Shown here in pieces: positions 29,443 to 38,276 of a stretch of 64,000 nucleotides of DNA; within the stretch, counting starts at the first letter, position 1; each line of letters begins with the position of its first letter. The stretch lies in the NCBI GenBank assembly GCA_963823335.1, contig CAWGLD010000002.1, positions 96,001-160,000 on the forward strand, written 5' to 3'. The DNA comes from an uncultured delta proteobacterium. Lineage in GTDB: Bacteria; Desulfobacterota; Desulfobacteria; Desulfobacterales; B30-G6. The notes under the pieces are model-generated. The model did not search any database and was not told the origin of the DNA. It saw only the letters and a program-made list of their open reading frames with translations. A program made the translations under genes and the position numbers.

Positions 29443-30429
29443 ATGCTGCCCGATCACATAAAGTCTCCTGGAACACCGAATATCGGCGTGCTGATGAACC
29501 CCCTCAGCGGTGGAAATCTTAACGGTCTGGATTCAGTGCGGAGTGTTATCAACCAGAATCCGCAAGTGCTTCATCGTGATGTTCAGACACCCCAGGATGT
29601 TTTAGAAACCCTGTTGGATTTTGCCCGCCGGGATGTGAATTTATTGGCGGTCAATGGTGGTGACGGTACAGTACAGGCGGTGCTGACCAACCTTTTTCTT
29701 CATCGCCCATTTAGCGTCATGCCGCTGCTTGCCGTCCTGCAATCCGGCACAACCAGTATGACCGCCAGGGATGTGGGGTTTTCAGGATCACGGGCTAAAT
29801 CTTTAAGGAAATTGTTTAAATGGGCCCACAGCGGCGAAGGTGAACCAAAGGTAATTCAGCGCCCGGTTTTGCAAGTTCAAGCACCCGGCCATCCGACCTA
29901 TTACGGTATGTTTTTTGGTGCTTCGGCCATCTACCAGGGGATTGAATACTTCCATCGCAAGGTAAATACGAAAGGACTGCGGGGTGAGCTGGGCCCCGGT
30001 ATAACCATTTTCCGCTTTCTGTGGTCTGCACTCCGACGACGCAGTGGCTTCATACCACCCATAAATGTGTCTGTCACGGTGGATGGCAAGCCGTCACAAA
30101 ACTTCGATTCCTTTGTGGTTCTTGTCAGTTCTCTGGAACGGCTGTTCCTTGGAATTTACCCATACTGGGGTATGGAGTCAGGCCCGTTACATTACACTGC
30201 CGTTCGGGCGCATCCACGGCATCTGCTGATGGCGCTGCCAGGCTTGTTGCGTGGTCGTCGGGGTAAATTCGGCACCATTGAAAACGGCTATTACAGCCAT
30301 AATGCCCATGAAATCAAGTTGAACCTCGACGGCGGTTTCACCCTGGATGGGCAGCTTTATACCCCTGAGAACCGGGAAAAACCCACCGTGGTGCGCTATG
30401 GCGGTGTGGCGAACTTTATACGGATTTAA
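29443..30429 (+). CDS. cpgB: Diacylglycerol-kinase-family lipid kinase, probable ceramide kinase
   Basis: NPLSG, GGDGT, GTTSMTA, LDGQ; flanked by CDP-alcohol transferase and Tam41-like genes as in the Caulobacter cpg genes. Confidence 0.7.
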   Translation: MLPDHIKSPGTPNIGVLMNPLSGGNLNGLDSVRSVINQNPQVLHRDVQTPQDVLETLLDFARRDVNLLAVNGGDGTVQAVLTNLFLHRPFSVMPLLAVLQSGTTSMTARDVGFSGSRAKSLRKLFKWAHSGEGEPKVIQRPVLQVQAPGHPTYYGMFFGASAIYQGIEYFHRKVNTKGLRGELGPGITIFRFLWSALRRRSGFIPPINVSVTVDGKPSQNFDSFVVLVSSLERLFLGIYPYWGMESGPLHYTAVRAHPRHLLMALPGLLRGRRGKFGTIENGYYSHNAHEIKLNLDGGFTLDGQLYTPENREKPTVVRYGGVANFIRI

Positions 30430-30431
30430 TG

Positions 30432-30540
30432 TTGACGGTTTCGTAAAAAGCCCAACTTCTGCGTTGCAGCTTGCTGCGAGGTTCTTCAATTTGAACTTAT
30501 TACGAAACCGTCCAGTTCGGACTTTTTACGGGTTTATCAA
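30432..30540. repeat. MITE remnant with inverted repeats and an embedded hairpin-element end
   Basis: GACGGTTTCGTAA...TTACGAAACCGTC inverted repeat; contains GCTTGCTGCGAGGTTCTTCAA. Confidence 0.55.
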
Positions 30541-31496
30541 TGTTGAAAATTCCCCCTCAATTGATCGACATCATCAGTCGTAAGACAGACCGCACAGCCT
30601 CGCCGGCGATCAATGTATTGATGGATGAAATCCTGGAACGCCATGGTGAGTCCGCTAAGGCCATCCTGTTTTACGGCTCCTGTCTGCGCTCGGGGGACGA
30701 CCTCGATGGACTGGTGGATCTCTATTTGCTGGTGGACGACTACCGCAGGGCCTATAAAAGTCGTTTGCAGGCCGCTTTGAACGTGCTGCTGCCACCCAAT
30801 GTTTACTACCTGGAGAAAAAATTCCAGGGTCACATGGTGCGGACCAAGTATGCTGTCCTGTCCCTGGCGGATTTTCAAAAGGGAACGTCCATGGGCTGGT
30901 TTCATTCCTATCTGTGGGGCCGGTTCTGCCAGCCGACTGCTTTGCTGTTCGCGCGTAGCGACAAGGTGGCCCAGCTGGTATTCAAATGCTTTGCCCAGGC
31001 CGTTATGACATTTGTCCGGCGTGTGCTGCCGAGGATTTCGCCTGAATTTACCGCCCGGCAGCTGTGGGGCAGGGGTCTTAGCCTGTCCTATGGTGCCGAA
31101 CTCCGATCGGAAAACCCGGAAAAGCAGGCCCGCCTCTTTGATGCCGCTGCAGCGTATTACGAGGAAATCACGGGTCTGGCAGTGGAAGCCCTTTCCTACC
31201 CCGTTCAAGTCCACAAAAGCGACGCTTTGCCACGCTACAGCGTGCACATTACAGCAGGAGAACGACACATCAGCCGACTGGCGTGGAAACTGCGATCATG
31301 GCAGGGCAAACTGCTTTCCATACTGAGACTCCTCAAAGCCACGGCCACCTTTGAAGGTGGCGTGGACTATATTCTGTGGAAGATCGAGCGTCACTCGGGG
31401 GTCACCGTCCATGTCGAGCCACGACTGAAACAACGCCCGTTATTGGCCATGTGGGTGTTGGCTTGGCGGTTGTACCGCCAAGGTGGGTTTCGATAA
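30540..31496 (+). CDS. Tam41/Mmp37-like nucleotidyltransferase-fold protein (cpg-locus hypothetical)
   Basis: FYGSC...DGLVDLYLLVD pol-beta-type motif, LPPNVYY, KYAV, WGRFCQP, YGAELRSE. Confidence 0.6.
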   Translation: MLKIPPQLIDIISRKTDRTASPAINVLMDEILERHGESAKAILFYGSCLRSGDDLDGLVDLYLLVDDYRRAYKSRLQAALNVLLPPNVYYLEKKFQGHMVRTKYAVLSLADFQKGTSMGWFHSYLWGRFCQPTALLFARSDKVAQLVFKCFAQAVMTFVRRVLPRISPEFTARQLWGRGLSLSYGAELRSENPEKQARLFDAAAAYYEEITGLAVEALSYPVQVHKSDALPRYSVHITAGERHISRLAWKLRSWQGKLLSILRLLKATATFEGGVDYILWKIERHSGVTVHVEPRLKQRPLLAMWVLAWRLYRQGGFR

Positions 31497-31664
31497 AAGC
31501 CCTCTCAAAATAGTATCTTGCATCAATCTCTGTGTTGGGATCACGCTTCAACTCCTCAAAATACTGCAGTATTCACCCCAAGGGCACTTCCTGCTGGCGC
31601 CTGCGGGTTGAAACGATCGCCCGCCTTGATGTTGACCCAAAACCCTATTCTGAGAAGGCTTTTA
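31494..31664. mobile_element. MITE, diverged member of the 49555/54528 family (reverse orientation)
   Basis: TIR TAAAAGCCCTCTCAAAATAG / CTATTCTGAGAAGGCTTTTA; its reverse complement shares CAAGGCGGG, TTCAACCCGCAGGC and GAGGAGTTGAAGC with the other copies. Confidence 0.7.
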
Positions 31665-31681
31665 GTATTTTAGTAAATAAA

Positions 31682-32176
31682 AAAGGATCATCTCCAAAAG
31701 AGTTGATCTAAAAGAAGGATTCCAGGATTCCAGGATTCCAGGATTCAAGTGATATGCTTAAAAATTATAAAGAGTTAAACGTTTGGCAGAAATCGTACGC
31801 CCTTTGTTTGCATATTTATAAAATCACGAAAGGTTTTCCAAAGGATGAAATATATGGTTTGACCTCCCAAATCAGAAGATCTGCTGTTTCCATACCATCG
31901 AATATCGCCGAGGGATACGGGAGAAAAACGACCATAGAGTATGTGAGGTTTCTTTATATAGCATATGGCTCAGTCTGTGAATTGGAAACCCAAATCATGA
32001 TATCTGGTGACTTGAGTTATGTGGAAAAAGAGAGCCTTGGGAAATTAAAAGGGGAGCTAGGGGATATAGAGAGAATGCTGAAAGCGTTAATCAAATCCCT
32101 GGAAAACAAACACTTGGATCCTTGAATCCTAGACTCCTAGAACCCTTTCTCCCAACTGATTGGGAGAAGAGCCATA
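31682..32176 (+). mobile_element. Inverted-repeat-bounded cassette carrying the four-helix-bundle gene (full copy)
   Basis: Left end GGATCATCTCCAAAAGAGTTG, tandem GGATTCCA repeats, right hairpin TTCTCCCAACTGATTGGGAGAA-GAGCCATA; related ends at 54240-54526 and 56482-56652. Confidence 0.6.
31754..32125 (+). CDS. Four helix bundle protein (23S rRNA IVP / bAvd-like family)
   Basis: YKELNVWQKS, FPKDEIYGLTSQIRRSAVSIPSNIAEG, IAYGSVCELETQ. Confidence 0.93.
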   Translation: MLKNYKELNVWQKSYALCLHIYKITKGFPKDEIYGLTSQIRRSAVSIPSNIAEGYGRKTTIEYVRFLYIAYGSVCELETQIMISGDLSYVEKESLGKLKGELGDIERMLKALIKSLENKHLDP

Positions 32177-32195
32177 AAAAATTCAAATTTATCTC

Positions 32196-32231
32196 TTGAC
32201 AAACCAGTTTATTTGGGAATATAATCCCAAA
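32196..32231 (+). promoter_or_regulatory. Consensus sigma70 promoter with a palindromic operator over the -10
   Basis: TTGACA (32196)-18bp-TATAAT (32220); TTTGGGA-ATATAA-TCCCAAA palindrome at 32212-32231. Confidence 0.7.
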
Positions 32232-32279
32232 AAAATGTGTTTTCTATTTGTCTCTATTCAATACGTGTGACGGAAATCC

Positions 32280-33107
32280 ATGAACCAAAAACACTTAAAA
32301 CATTTGTCTGCAGCGGTCCTCAGACTGCTACGGCCGCTGGTGCGGATACTCCTTAGAAATGGGGTCTCCTACAGCACTTTTGCAGATTTTGCAAAATGGA
32401 TCTACGTTGATGTGGCCAGTACGGAATTCGGCATCGAAGGCCGCAAGCAGACCACTTCACGGGTTTCGGTTATCACCGGGTTGTCCCGCAAGGAGGTCGT
32501 GCGGGTGCGGCAGTTGCCAAGACCGGATGATAGTGAAACCGCTGAAAAGTACAACCGTGCTGCCCGGGTAATTGCTGCCTGGCGGCGTGATAAGAAATAT
32601 CTAGATCCTGAGGGAGCGCCGGCGCCCCTGCCAATGGCCGGTTCCGATGTATCCTTCACGGAGCTGGTAAAGCGTTTCAGCGGTGACGTGCCGGTACGGG
32701 CAACCCTGGATGAACTGGTACGTGTGGGTGCGGTCAAACGCCTGGAAGACGGCAGCGTTTGCCTGCTCACCCGGACCTACGTCCCCGCGCACAGCGATGC
32801 CGACAAACTCCACATTCTGGGAACCGATGTGGCCCTTCTTATCTCCACCATAGACCATAATTTGAACCCCGGTCCGACCGGGCCGTTTTATCAGCGCAAG
32901 GTCGCATACGACAATCTTCCCGATGAGGTTTTGCCGGAATTTCGGAAGTATTCCGCGAAAAAGGCGCAGTCATACCTGGAAAACCTGGACCGCTGGCTAT
33001 CGCGGCACGATCGAGACGACACCCCCCTGGTTAAAGGTACCGGACGAAATCAGGCCGGCATCGGCATATATTATTTTGAAGAACCCTGCTCGATCGAGGA
33101 AAAATGA
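32280..33107 (+). CDS. DUF6502 family protein (putative HTH regulator)
   Basis: LLRPLVRILLRNGV, SRVSVITGLSRKEV, SFTELV...DVPVRATLDEL, TIDHNL, GIGIYYFE; paired with a DUF5666 gene. Confidence 0.75.
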   Translation: MNQKHLKHLSAAVLRLLRPLVRILLRNGVSYSTFADFAKWIYVDVASTEFGIEGRKQTTSRVSVITGLSRKEVVRVRQLPRPDDSETAEKYNRAARVIAAWRRDKKYLDPEGAPAPLPMAGSDVSFTELVKRFSGDVPVRATLDELVRVGAVKRLEDGSVCLLTRTYVPAHSDADKLHILGTDVALLISTIDHNLNPGPTGPFYQRKVAYDNLPDEVLPEFRKYSAKKAQSYLENLDRWLSRHDRDDTPLVKGTGRNQAGIGIYYFEEPCSIEEK

Positions 33108-33108
33108 G

Positions 33109-34309
33109 ATGAAAACATATCCCTTAATAAAACTACTGATCGCACTTTTTTACGTTTTGTTGTTGTTTTCCTGCGGCGGCAGCGGCGGGCCCAGCACCGG
33201 TGGCGGCATCGGCGGCACCGGAATTATCAGCAGCGGAACGGTTTCAGCGTACGGCAGTATTTTTGTCAATGGTACCGAGTTCGACACCAGTGATGCCGTC
33301 ATCATCGTCAATGGTGAAAACGTCGGCACGGGTGATCAAATTGCGCGGGATTATCTGGATATCGGAAAGGTGGTGCTGGTGGAGGGTACGGGCGACATGG
33401 ACGACTATCACTTGCCGTGGCGAATCGCGTGACATACACTGACAATGTCGCAGGACCCGTCGAAAGCATTGTTGATGTCGACGCCACAAGCAAGGAGATC
33501 GTGGTTCTGGGTCAGAGCGTCATCCTGAATGTTCTTACAAAGTTTAAAGAAGACTGCCTTTGACACCATTGCCCAGGACGACCTGGTGGCAGTCAGCGGT
33601 CTGGTGGATGACACGGGTGCGATTCGGGCCACTTTCATCGAAAAAACCGGTGAGTTCATGCCGGGTAATATCGTCGGGGTTACCGGTTTTGTCGTCAACC
33701 TGGATCGAAACCTGCAAACTTTCCAGATCAACAATCTCACCGTGGACTATTCGGGGATCGATCCAGGCGACCTGCCGGAAGCCTTGTCAGAAGACCTTTG
33801 GGTGGAAGTGGAGGGTACCCTCGATGCTGCCGGTGGAGAAATGACGTGCAACCTCAATCGAACCCGGGGATGAGATCGATGACGCGGATCAGATCGAAGT
33901 GCTCGGTTTTGTCACATACGTTGAATCGGTTATCGAGTTCATCGTGGGCAATCAGAGAGGTGCAAGTCGATGCAAACACCGAATTCGTGGACGGGGATCC
34001 AACGGATATTGTCATCGGGGCAAAGCTCGAAGCCGAGGGCTACCTGGAGGGCGGCATTCTGTTTGCCGATGAAGTTGAATTCTGGGATCCGGATCAGATC
34101 GAGGTGGAAGGTGTGGTTACGGACATCGCTTCAGACTCGGAATTTACCCTGGATGGACAGCACAGGTGGTGCAAACGGATGCGGGGACGGTATTTGAACC
34201 GGAGGACCTGGATATTGAAGTGGGTATGATGATCGAGGTCAAAGGCGTCCCGATGGATATCGCGTACAGCGTGATCGTTGCCGACAAGGTATCGCTTGAG
34301 GAAGACTAG
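33109..34309 (+). pseudogene. DUF5666-domain lipoprotein with several frameshifts
   Basis: Lipobox LLFSC, GGGIGGTG..G.VSAYGSIFVNG, repeated VEVEG units spread over ORFs 32923-33432, 33529-33873 and 33798-34229. Confidence 0.7.
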
Positions 34310-34404
34310 ATGGACGGGTGAAGCGAGGAATCGTCAAACAACCATTGAGGATTGGAGTTATGCTGAACAACATCGGAAAATTACGGCAATCTGCCGATAA
34401 TATA

Positions 34405-34690
34405 TAAAAAAAGCCAGGCACGAGACTTTGGCGGGTCGGAGTGCCTGGCCGGGAAACCTGAGGGCCTTTCGGCGCACTCAAGTATTGTTAATATATCAAT
34501 ACAATCAAGATGTGTCAACGGGCTCTCCCCTACAGGACGGAGAGCACTTTTTTATGCCGAAAGACAGTGGCCTCAGGTGTGCCTGGCTTGGAAAACCTGA
34601 GGGCCTTGCGGCCGCTAAGTGCGTTAATAATATATCAAAGCATTTGCACGTGTCAAGGGGCTCTCCAGAATCATCCGGAGGGCTTTTTTT
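34405..34690. ncRNA. Tandem duplicated structured non-coding unit of about 140 bp (candidate sRNA pair or leader)
   Basis: Two copies of GTGCCTGGC..GGAAACCTGAGGGCC...AATATATCAA...GTGTCAA..GGCTCTCC..GGAG(A/G)GC..T6-7. Confidence 0.5.
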
Positions 34691-34717
34691 GTTCCCGGAA
34701 GAAGAAGGGAGGCCATT

Positions 34718-35827
34718 ATGTTGACATCAACCATCAGTAGGAAATCGAAAAAGGCGACCTTAAAAACGGCCGTTGCAATATTGGCGGTATTGTTTCTTGC
34801 CATCCCCGGTATGGGCCTGCTCTCTATCGACCTCAGTCAGGCAGGTGGTCGATCAGTGGAGAAACCCCAATCTTTGTTCTCAGACTGCAAAGGCCGCTTT
34901 CAGAGCCGGTTGGAATGAGATCAAAGACGATTACTGGATTGCGGTCGGCAACTGCAACAATGTGTCCGATGCCGGAGACCGGGCCGAGTGTATGGAAGAC
35001 GCCAAGGCTGAATACAAGGAGGCAAAAGAACTTACCTGGGATCAACGGGAAGCGCGTCTGGAACTTTGCGAAGACCTGGGCGAAGCAGCCTATGACCCTG
35101 AACTCGATCCGAGGACTTTCTTGTTCCAGGCGACTATTGCACGTCGACAAATGCCAATCCATACTTCCCATTAGTTCAGGGAACCAAATGGATCTATTAT
35201 GCATATGACGAAGATGGCGAGCTTGCTGAAAGAATTACGGTAAGGGTGATGTACGATATCAAGACCATCGAGTACCCGGAAGAATCCGGAAAATATGTTC
35301 GAATGCACCGTTGTCAACGATCTGGTCGAAGAGTGGAAGATGATGACCTGGAGTGATTGGTTTACGATTGAAGACACCGATGACTGGTACATTCAGCATA
35401 AGAGCACCGGTGACGTCCTGTACATGGGTGAAATTGCCCGGGATTACGAGCTGGATCTGGATGAGAACGCCGGAACTCGTGGAAATCGAGGGTTCCTGGA
35501 AAGCCGGCCGGGACGCTGACAAGCCCGGAGTTCTGATGTATGGAGCCCGATCCCACCGACGAAGATCAGGCAAAATCCCTACCGTCAGGAATTCTCTCTC
35601 GGTAATGCCGAGGATATCGGCGAAGTGATCAGTCTGGGTGATGGAAGAGGTGACGGTTCCTTATAACGGTGATACTACTATCAAGGACAGACGTTTTGAA
35701 AACCAAAGATTGGACACCAATAGAACCCGATGTTTATGAACTCAAGTACTATGCTCCCGGAATCGGCATGATCAAAGAAATAAATCCCGATACCGGTGAA
35801 TATGTAGAACTCGATGAAATGGATTAA
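34718..35827 (+). pseudogene. Secreted hypothetical protein with many frameshifts
   Basis: GGGAGG RBS and signal peptide; fragments NPYFPL, IEDTDDWYIQ..GDVLYMGE, GSWKAGRDADKPG and KYYAPGIGMI lie in shifting frames. Confidence 0.6.
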
Positions 35828-35973
35828 TCCCAATCTCCTCCTAAGGAGCAGGGCCGTATTGCAGCAATGCGTGCGGAACCGCAGCCTGTACACCATGGGT
35901 GCCTGCACCCATGATGTACAGGGTCCAAGATTTGCCAGGTGGTTTAAAAATGAACTATCAATAAGGGTATCGC

Positions 35974-36864
35974 ATGCTGCAGTTAAATAATTTTCAGTTG
36001 TCACAAATGTACGATGAATATCCGGTCAATCCGCGGGCGGTCACGGAAAGCCTCGCCCGGATGGGAAGCGGTTCCTGTTCCGAGCTTTTGTCTGAGCTCC
36101 CCTCCTGGTTGCAGGACTACCGGCCGATCAATTTGTTGGATTTGTCAAAGGCCAAACTGATGCATCGTGTTGACACCAAATACATATTGCCCCTTTCACA
36201 CCTTTCTGAAGTGCTGGAAAAGCTCAAACCGTATTATTCAGTTATGGAAATCGAGGGGCATCGCATATTCAGCTACCAGACGACCTATTTTGACACCAGC
36301 GATCTACGATTTTACCACATGCACCACAACGGCGCGCGTCCACGGTTTAAGGTTCGCCACCGCAGATATGTAGAGACCGACACATCTTATCTGGAGTTCA
36401 AGGTCAAGAACAATAAAAACAAAACCAGTAAAAAGAGAATCAAAGCCAGTCAACACCATGCAGATACAAAAGAAATACAAAAGTTTTCCAGTCAACATCT
36501 ACCCGCAGCTATACAAAACATCTCACCTTCTTTGCAGGTGAACTTTAATCGGATTACGTTGGTCAATGAATCATCTGCCGAGAGGCTCACGCTGGATACC
36601 TGTGTCCAGTTCCAGCTGCCGCACGGAAACTCGTCACTGAGGCTGTCTCCCGTTGTTATCGCAGAGCTCAAAAAAGATCGTGAATGCAAACCCGGTTCAC
36701 CCTTTGCATCTCTTTTGCGTAGACTCAAGGTCCAGTCAAGTTCATTCAGTAAATACTGTGTTGGCTGCGGCCTGCTCTACCAGGACAAGGTTAAAGCAAA
36801 CATGTTTAAACCCATCTTCATGAAACTTCATAAAATATACCGGAAGGAGCAACCAGCGCTATGA
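35974..36864 (+). CDS. VTC-domain (polyphosphate polymerase-like, CYTH fold) protein
   Basis: LMHRVDTKY, YQTTYFDT, RFKVRHRRY, YLEFKVK, ERLTLD, IAELK, FSKYC. Confidence 0.82.
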   Translation: MLQLNNFQLSQMYDEYPVNPRAVTESLARMGSGSCSELLSELPSWLQDYRPINLLDLSKAKLMHRVDTKYILPLSHLSEVLEKLKPYYSVMEIEGHRIFSYQTTYFDTSDLRFYHMHHNGARPRFKVRHRRYVETDTSYLEFKVKNNKNKTSKKRIKASQHHADTKEIQKFSSQHLPAAIQNISPSLQVNFNRITLVNESSAERLTLDTCVQFQLPHGNSSLRLSPVVIAELKKDRECKPGSPFASLLRRLKVQSSSFSKYCVGCGLLYQDKVKANMFKPIFMKLHKIYRKEQPAL

Positions 36865-36955
36865 TAACCACGTTGACCACTAGTTTCGTACTTCGTCTGT
36901 TGATCAACACCCTGTCACTTTTCGTGCTTGTGCGGTTCTGTTATTTCCGCCGAAC
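36861..36955 (+). pseudogene. Truncated DUF4956-like membrane protein (5' fragment)
   Basis: MITTLTTSFVLRLLINTLSLFVLVRFCYFRR overlaps the VTC stop, as usual for VTC-DUF4956 pairs, then the frame is lost. Confidence 0.45.
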
Positions 36956-36959
36956 CGGT

Positions 36960-37506
36960 TGGGGCCGGCTGCTGGCCAGGGACTTACGGAACTGTTTGAG
37001 AGTGCCGAGCCAGATTTCGACGAACTGGCGCTGAAAGTTTTTTCTCCGATCTCCAGAGGGTGAATACGAAAGAGGGTTCACTGGACTGGGAGCTCTGAAA
37101 GCACGGATAGCTCACCCATCTGCTCCCGGCCCCCCCGGGCGGAATTGAGATTTCGGGTGAGCCGGTGGATCTCGATGCGATCGATTGCGAAGGCGAAGAT
37201 GGATTCGTTCCTGTAATTCCTACGCCGATCATCATCAGTTGGGATCCGGTGAACCTCTCACACCCGGATCTAGGTCGCACCGATGAGCCAATCACGGTGG
37301 TGAATTACCAGGTTGTGGTGGAAGTAGAAGTGGACGAGACGGAAATGATCTACAGTGTCCATCTGCCGCCGGATGTGACGCAGGTCTGGTGCCCGCCAGA
37401 GTTTATCGCACTGGGCGACGAGTTCAAGTTCGAAATCCTGGTGAGAGAGCAAAGCGGCAACCAGACAGCTGTTGAAAGCTGCTTCACGGTTGAAGTTATA
37501 GATTAA
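36960..37506 (+). pseudogene. 3' portion of a hypothetical, probably secreted, protein
   Basis: Coherent C-terminus IIISWDPV...VVNYQVVVE...KFEILVREQSGNQTAVESCF; upstream part frameshifted with no start. Confidence 0.5.
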
Positions 37507-38136
37507 TTGCTTGGGAGCCATGGAGACTCGCTTTGCCTTTACTCAAAAGCGATCAAAAAAGGTGAAGGGTATTCATCGTCCAGGGTCTCGAACATCGAAT
37601 GATTTCAAAACCAGATGAAAAGGAGGCAATCATGAAACCACACAAATTCATATTGACGACAGTGTTGGCTGTTTTTCTCATTTTCAGTTTTTCTGGGATG
37701 CAATAGCGGCGGCGGCGGGGGCGGCGGTGACGACGAAACCTGTCCGGAACCCACCCTGGATATTTCGGTGTGCGATCCTGAGGGCAGGGACATAGTCAAT
37801 ACTGTTCAAAAAATTGAACTGAATTAGACAGCTGTTGAAAGCTGCTTCACGGTTGAAGTTATAGATTAATTGCTTGGGAGCCATGGAGACTTGCTTTGCA
37901 TTTACTCAAAAGCGATCAAAAAAGGTGAAGGGATCTCCAGGGTCCATGAATATTTCAAAACAAAGGAGGCAATCATGAAACCATACAAATACATATTCAC
38001 TGCACAGTGCTGGCTGGACTTCTTTTTCGAGAATTCGGGCAATGACAATAACGGAGGCGGTCATAAGGGGACGGCGGTGAGCGAAACCGAACCGACCTGG
38101 ATATTTCGGTGTGCGATCCTGAGGGCAGGGACATAG
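37463..38136 (+). repeat. Imperfect tandem duplication (37463-37795 and 37826-38136) including the RBS and start of a lipoprotein gene
   Basis: AGACAGCTGTTGAAAGCTGCTTCACGGTTGAAGTTATAGATTAATTGCTTGGGAGCC...GCGATCCTGAGGGCAGGGACATAG occurs twice. Confidence 0.8.
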
Positions 38137-38276
38137 CTCAATACTTTTCGACGAACATCGACAATGAATTCTTTCCGCTGAATTTACTCACGGAGCTGGT
38201 CTTGGAAGGGGAAGACGATGGCGAAACCGTCCTTGTCGAGATCACGGTCCCCGGTGATACCGAAAGGAGAAACATA

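Noticed and set aside
31754-32125. bAvd-like gene as a sign of a diversity-generating retroelement
   Set aside because: No reverse transcriptase and no template/variable repeat pair with adenine-specific mismatches in the window
34405-34690. c-di-GMP-I (GEMM), c-di-AMP (ydaO) or ZTP riboswitch
   Set aside because: The conserved cores of those classes are not recognisable by eye; kept as an unclassified element
37463-38136. Duplication as a DGR TR/VR pair
   Set aside because: Differences are indels and mixed substitutions, not A-specific
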